Virus record (IMG/VR): IMGVR_UViG_3300020159_003530
Location: 1 to 29,403 of that record
Source of the DNA: a virus
Lineage: Duplodnaviria > Caudoviricetes
Direction: 5' to 3' (one strand)
DNA length: 29,403 nt
Position numbers and translations under genes: made by a program. Shown here piece by piece: positions 25,648 through 29,403 of the stretch. The notes below the pieces were generated by a model. That model had not been told where the DNA came from and did not search any database. It was given only the letters and a program-made list of their open reading frames with translations. The number at the start of each line of letters is the position of its first letter. The first letter of the stretch is position 1.

Positions 25648-25801
25648 GATAAGGAACATGCGTACCTAACAATGTGTATAGGACTCATTCATCTGTACCA
25701 CAAGCCTCTTGTGGGACTTGATGATGAGTACGAAGTCCGCACGGGACTGATGAGCCCTAGACCACCAAAAAAAGACGAAACTACGGAAAAATTTTAGAAA
25801 G

Positions 25802-25864
25802 TTATCCACAGCTTAAACCTTTGAAATATAAGGATATGAACAAAAAACGACAGCGTTATCCACA
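25802..25864 (+). promoter_or_regulatory. two perfect DnaA boxes TTATCCACA (25802 and 25856)
   Basis: Exact consensus, direct orientation, AT-rich spacer. Confidence 0.65.
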
Positions 25865-25982
25865 GAGTTCTACTTGATTTTTTCGTTCATAGGGTTAAAA
25901 TAGTCATGCACAGTTACTACATATGGCGAGCGCCTATACCTTCCAGCTCGTCGGCCCCATCCATCTCGAGAAGGAGAACCCT

Positions 25983-26747
25983 TTGATTAAGAGACTTATT
26001 TTGTCATTGACCGTATTGGCTAGCGTCGTGAGCCTCGAAGCGACATCAAGCCATCCAGCTAAAGGCCTCACGGCCACCGAGGCATCCCTGCCCAGAGATG
26101 TAGTTTTACAAGTCCTTAAGCCTCTCCAGGCGAAGCCGGCTGTTGTTAATAAGAAAACAGAAGCAGAGCGACTGATACTTACTGGCTCTTATAAGTTTAG
26201 AGAGACAAGCGAAGCAGTCAAGAACCTTCAGCGGATCGTAGGAGCTTACGTAGACGGCTTCTACGGGTGGAAGACCTACAGCCTCCATAAGGCAAAGCTG
26301 ACTGACATGGGGCTTTCTTTGACAACACTGCCTTCCGTGCCTGTAGCAAAAAAGACAGCAACAAAGCCACGCTATCCATCCGACAAGGAGCTGCGCTGTC
26401 CAAAGTTTGAAGCGAAGTTCAAAGAGTACGGTCTTCCGGTTGACGTTTTTAGCTACATTGCTTACCGGGAGTCGCGCTGCAATCCGAAATCAGTAAACGC
26501 TACTTGGGACAAGAATGGCAAAATCAAATGGACGCTCAACAAAGACGGTTCGTTTGATAGTGGGTTACTCCAGATCAACAGCTCCTGGATTCGTACAGTC
26601 AGACAGGTGTGCAAGGTTGATACAGGCAGCTGGGCGAAAGACCTGAAGGTTCTTCTTAACTTGGACTGCAACCTGCAAATGGCTAGCTGGATTATGGAAA
26701 ACACTTCAGGAAAGCTCAAGAACTGGCGTATTTATGGTGGGGATTAA
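25983..26747 (+). CDS. secreted lytic transglycosylase (SLT-like) with a peptidoglycan-binding-like domain
   Basis: TTG start after AAGGAG; signal peptide; V..LQ..VG..VDG.YG..T; IAYRESRCNP and DSGLLQIN motifs. Confidence 0.85.
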   Translation: MIKRLILSLTVLASVVSLEATSSHPAKGLTATEASLPRDVVLQVLKPLQAKPAVVNKKTEAERLILTGSYKFRETSEAVKNLQRIVGAYVDGFYGWKTYSLHKAKLTDMGLSLTTLPSVPVAKKTATKPRYPSDKELRCPKFEAKFKEYGLPVDVFSYIAYRESRCNPKSVNATWDKNGKIKWTLNKDGSFDSGLLQINSSWIRTVRQVCKVDTGSWAKDLKVLLNLDCNLQMASWIMENTSGKLKNWRIYGGD

Positions 26748-26835
26748 GAGACGCCCTTGACGTAAAGCCGATAGGCAAGCATTTGCCGATAGTCAGCGGT
26801 GAGTGCCACCACCGACACTCACGGCCTGCTCGGAT

Positions 26836-27075
26836 CTAGACCTCCATATTGCCGTAGGTTCCTACATATCCGCAAGCTCTGCACTTTACGTCGTAGGCGA
26901 TCCACTCAACCTCGTACGACTCGTCACCGCCGATACGGTCAATGTCGTCAGGTTCGTAGTCCGTGATCGCTTCACGGCACTCGTCGCACTCTACGTACTC
27001 GTCAATTTCCAAGTACATTGCCGACTCACGTGCTGGCTCGTCTTGAGTAGAAGGCTGGCTGAAAAGATAGCTCAT
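26836..27075 (-). CDS. acidic Zn-ribbon protein (CDEC...CRAC)
   Basis: AAAGGAG RBS. Confidence 0.75.
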   Translation of the reverse strand: MSYLFSQPSTQDEPARESAMYLEIDEYVECDECREAITDYEPDDIDRIGGDESYEVEWIAYDVKCRACGYVGTYGNMEV

Positions 27076-27220
27076 ATTCTCTCCTTTGTTGTCGCCGTTC
27101 TAGACAGAAGAAAACTACTGAGCAAGATCGCCTGCCGGCGTCGCTCAAAGTAGCAGTAAAAGCAATAATTAAGGTGAGCAGTTTTACGACTTACTCAGGT
27201 CGTTTTGAGCCCGAAGGGGA

Positions 27221-28147
27221 TTAGAGCTCAAACTCAATGGCTGTGCTTGATGGCGCAGCAACCGTAGGCCATTCTGACTTGCGAGTCCATGCGCGAATCA
27301 CGCGAACTTCACGGCCCTCAACGAAAGCGTTAAACGCCTTGATGTATGTTGCGGTGTTCTCAATCGTAGCTGAGCGCTTCTCGCTGGACGCACGTGTGAG
27401 CCAGTTACGCAACGCAAGGCAGACATTGCCGTCGCTCAGGCCTACGCCATCACGAACGCTTTCAGCAAATGCTTCAACTTCGGAACGGCCACGAACCTTT
27501 TCCGCCAAGAGCGCAAACAGGATCCATGATGAGCGAATGCCTCCAACTTGTTTATCTACCGACCGGCCGAGTGTTTGTGCCCACTCAACAGAGTCAAGAT
27601 TATCCTCAACATACTTGATTACATCATCTGGCGTCACGCACTGAAGCAGCTCGCTGTTCATGATGTTGTTGTCTGCCTCAAGAGTTAAGATAAGGCGAAT
27701 CGCTGGAGCAACGTGCTTGAAGCTGCCGACACCAGCAATGTGCATAACATCATTTACTGTACGCGTCTTGCCACGGTCAATGACGCTGAAAACATTGTTA
27801 TCAAGCTCGTCAACAAGAACGGTCGGGAATGGAACTCCAGACTCGATGCATGCCTGAAGGCGGTGCTGCCCGTCAATCAGACGTTTTTTGCCAGTTTGTG
27901 AATCCGTTGCACGCTTGATGGACTCGCCAGACAGCTTCCACTGTCCACGTTTCATTGCATCAGTGTAGATGCGAACACGAGCCCGGTTCAGTGGGCGATT
28001 GCTGACATTTTCACTCATCAGAGCTGTAGCAATTTCGGGTGTGATTTCAATAATGCGGACACTGGGGCCGTTTTGGATTGCGGAGACCATTACAGGCTTC
28101 GCTTTCACGTAGGACTCAGTGACTTCTCGGTGGTTTTTGTTTTTCAT
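27221..28147 (-). CDS. ParB/Sulfiredoxin-like (DGQHR) domain protein
   Basis: NRPL...Y..AM..G.W, LIDGQHRL.A and ID.GKTRT; leaderless after TTGACA-N17-TAGTTT (28183-28155). Confidence 0.82.
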   Translation of the reverse strand: MKNKNHREVTESYVKAKPVMVSAIQNGPSVRIIEITPEIATALMSENVSNRPLNRARVRIYTDAMKRGQWKLSGESIKRATDSQTGKKRLIDGQHRLQACIESGVPFPTVLVDELDNNVFSVIDRGKTRTVNDVMHIAGVGSFKHVAPAIRLILTLEADNNIMNSELLQCVTPDDVIKYVEDNLDSVEWAQTLGRSVDKQVGGIRSSWILFALLAEKVRGRSEVEAFAESVRDGVGLSDGNVCLALRNWLTRASSEKRSATIENTATYIKAFNAFVEGREVRVIRAWTRKSEWPTVAAPSSTAIEFEL

Positions 28148-28185
28148 ATCTAAGAAACTACGTCACGATAATGCAGTTGTCAACC

Positions 28186-28719
28186 TTATTTGTTAAAATC
28201 TTGCAGATAGCGATAAAAAGAATCCAGAATAAAAGCAATAGCACCACCTTGAGGGCCCTCGTTAACCATTGGTTGGCTAAACACTGGCATTCCATCATCT
28301 CCGTAGCTGTATTCAACCAACCCCCCAGCATGCGACCCATCCCCAAAGACCGCAGAGGCAACAAGGATCTCTTTAACTGGCGCAGATGGGTCAGACTTGT
28401 GTTGCTGCTCAAGTGTCTGGGTTGAGTCCTTGATGGTCTTGATCATGTCTTCTTCGTTGTCAAACTCCATGCCAAAAGCATCCCCAACGAACCCGACCTC
28501 AATGAATGGTCCATTCTGGTTGTAGGCCTCCGTAAGCGCACTCAGAAGCCACACATTGGGATCTGAATTTTCAAGCATCGGGATCACGGTATGACCATGC
28601 CCGTTTGAGTAATACAGGCATGACGGAATATCCATTGGCCCATTGTTTTCAAAGCATTCGGACAATTTAACAATGACACCACTATCGAGCATCTTTTCAA
28701 TAAAAGCTGTTTTTGACAT
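28186..28719 (-). CDS. hypothetical protein
   Basis: Leaderless after TTGACT-N17-TATCTT (28754-28726). Confidence 0.75.
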   Translation of the reverse strand: MSKTAFIEKMLDSGVIVKLSECFENNGPMDIPSCLYYSNGHGHTVIPMLENSDPNVWLLSALTEAYNQNGPFIEVGFVGDAFGMEFDNEEDMIKTIKDSTQTLEQQHKSDPSAPVKEILVASAVFGDGSHAGGLVEYSYGDDGMPVFSQPMVNEGPQGGAIAFILDSFYRYLQDFNK

Positions 28720-28795
28720 GCCACAAAGATACTTGCACCAAGTAGGTTAGTCAACCTGTCAGGATATGGAATAAATTAATCCAGAATGAGGGATC

Positions 28796-29403
28796 ATGAG
28801 TCACGATATTGAGATCAACAAGAATGGAACGGCAAGGTTCGCCTACTCAAGTCATGAAGTGCCTTGGCATAGGCTTGGCACTCCCATGAAGGGTCTTCAG
28901 AGCATGGAGGCAATGCTTCAGGCATCCAATAGTGACTACGACGTGCTCATAACGAAAGTGGCTGCGATAGACGATGACGGCAATTTAATACGTAACCCAG
29001 ACGGATCAATAGTGCCGATTAGTGACTCAAGGGCGACTGTACGCCAGAACACGGATGGGTCTTTTGATGCTCTTGCGACGGTCGGAACAAGGTATGAAGT
29101 ACGTCAGAACAGGCAAGTTCTAGAAAGAGCTCTTGCGGTTGTTGATGCTTCTGGCGGAGATGCCGTAATAGACACATGCGGAACACTTAAAGGCGGAGCC
29201 CGGTTCTTTGCCACCATTGATCTTGGTGCCCTTGTTATTGATCCCGCTGGCGTTGGGGACAAGATTGGCCGATACCTTGTGGTGTCTTCTGGCCATGACG
29301 GAATCTGGCCAGTTCGGTATGCAAATACTGACATTAGAGCCGTATGTCGCAACACAGTAATCATGGGCCTAGAACAGGCGCAACGCGTCTTCACTGCGCG
29401 CCA
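28796..29403 (+). CDS. DUF932 (phage/plasmid-like TIGR03299) family protein, 3'-truncated
   Basis: MSHDIE...PWHRLG, Y...QN, G.L.GG.RFF, GHDG and IRAVCRNT motifs; open to the window end, so absent from the ORF track. Confidence 0.88.
   Translation, partial: MSHDIEINKNGTARFAYSSHEVPWHRLGTPMKGLQSMEAMLQASNSDYDVLITKVAAIDDDGNLIRNPDGSIVPISDSRATVRQNTDGSFDALATVGTRYEVRQNRQVLERALAVVDASGGDAVIDTCGTLKGGARFFATIDLGALVIDPAGVGDKIGRYLVVSSGHDGIWPVRYANTDIRAVCRNTVIMGLEQAQRVFTAR

Noticed and set aside
2773-25668. CGTACCTA near gene ends (about 2773, 3620, 14166 and 25661)
   Set aside because: Only an 8-mer with four copies and inconsistent spacing to -10 boxes; too weak to call a late promoter.
25304-25672. ORFs 25304..25672 (-) and 25481..25669 (+)
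   Set aside because: They overlap the H1 hairpin copies and have no protein-like features. 25481 does have a GAGGAG upstream, so it is not fully excluded.
25731-25786. Hammerhead-ribozyme-like CTGATGAG...CGAAAC with an upstream GTC
   Set aside because: Stem II cannot form beyond one pair, and stem I does not close next to the core.
29104-29394. ORF 29104..29394 (-)
   Set aside because: Antisense shadow of the DUF932 gene.
1-29403. tRNA, rRNA, transposase or integrase genes
   Set aside because: No recognisable cloverleaf/T-loop pattern or recombinase motifs seen by eye; tRNAscan-SE would be needed to exclude tRNAs formally.

Overview
This window looks like part of a large dsDNA phage of Actinobacteria. 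Supporting signs are two WhiB genes, many leaderless SigA-type genes, an M15 endolysin with a holin, a metallophosphoesterase, SSB, a SNF2/HARP helicase, a ParB-like DGQHR protein and DUF932. From 1 to 7.7 kb the genes are almost all on the + strand: Thr-rich membrane or surface proteins, a lysis module, a phosphoesterase, a proteasome-beta/HslV-like protease and WhiB. From 7.7 to 29.4 kb lies an early/accessory region of small genes in both orientations, many with their own TTGAC-N17-TANNNT promoter. The most striking signal is non-coding and has three parts. (i) An asymmetric 14-mer TC(A/T)TCC(G/A/T)CC(A/G)CCGT occurs 12 times, all on the + strand; 9 of these copies are followed 19-25 nt later by CGGG(A/G)CT. 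(ii) That heptamer occurs about 31 times, confined to 10-25.8 kb. (iii) Three gene-free islands share covarying hairpin modules. Also found: a kissing-loop 5' leader, two DnaA boxes and paralogous microproteins missing from the ORF track. All function calls come from motif recognition by eye; no database searches were run.
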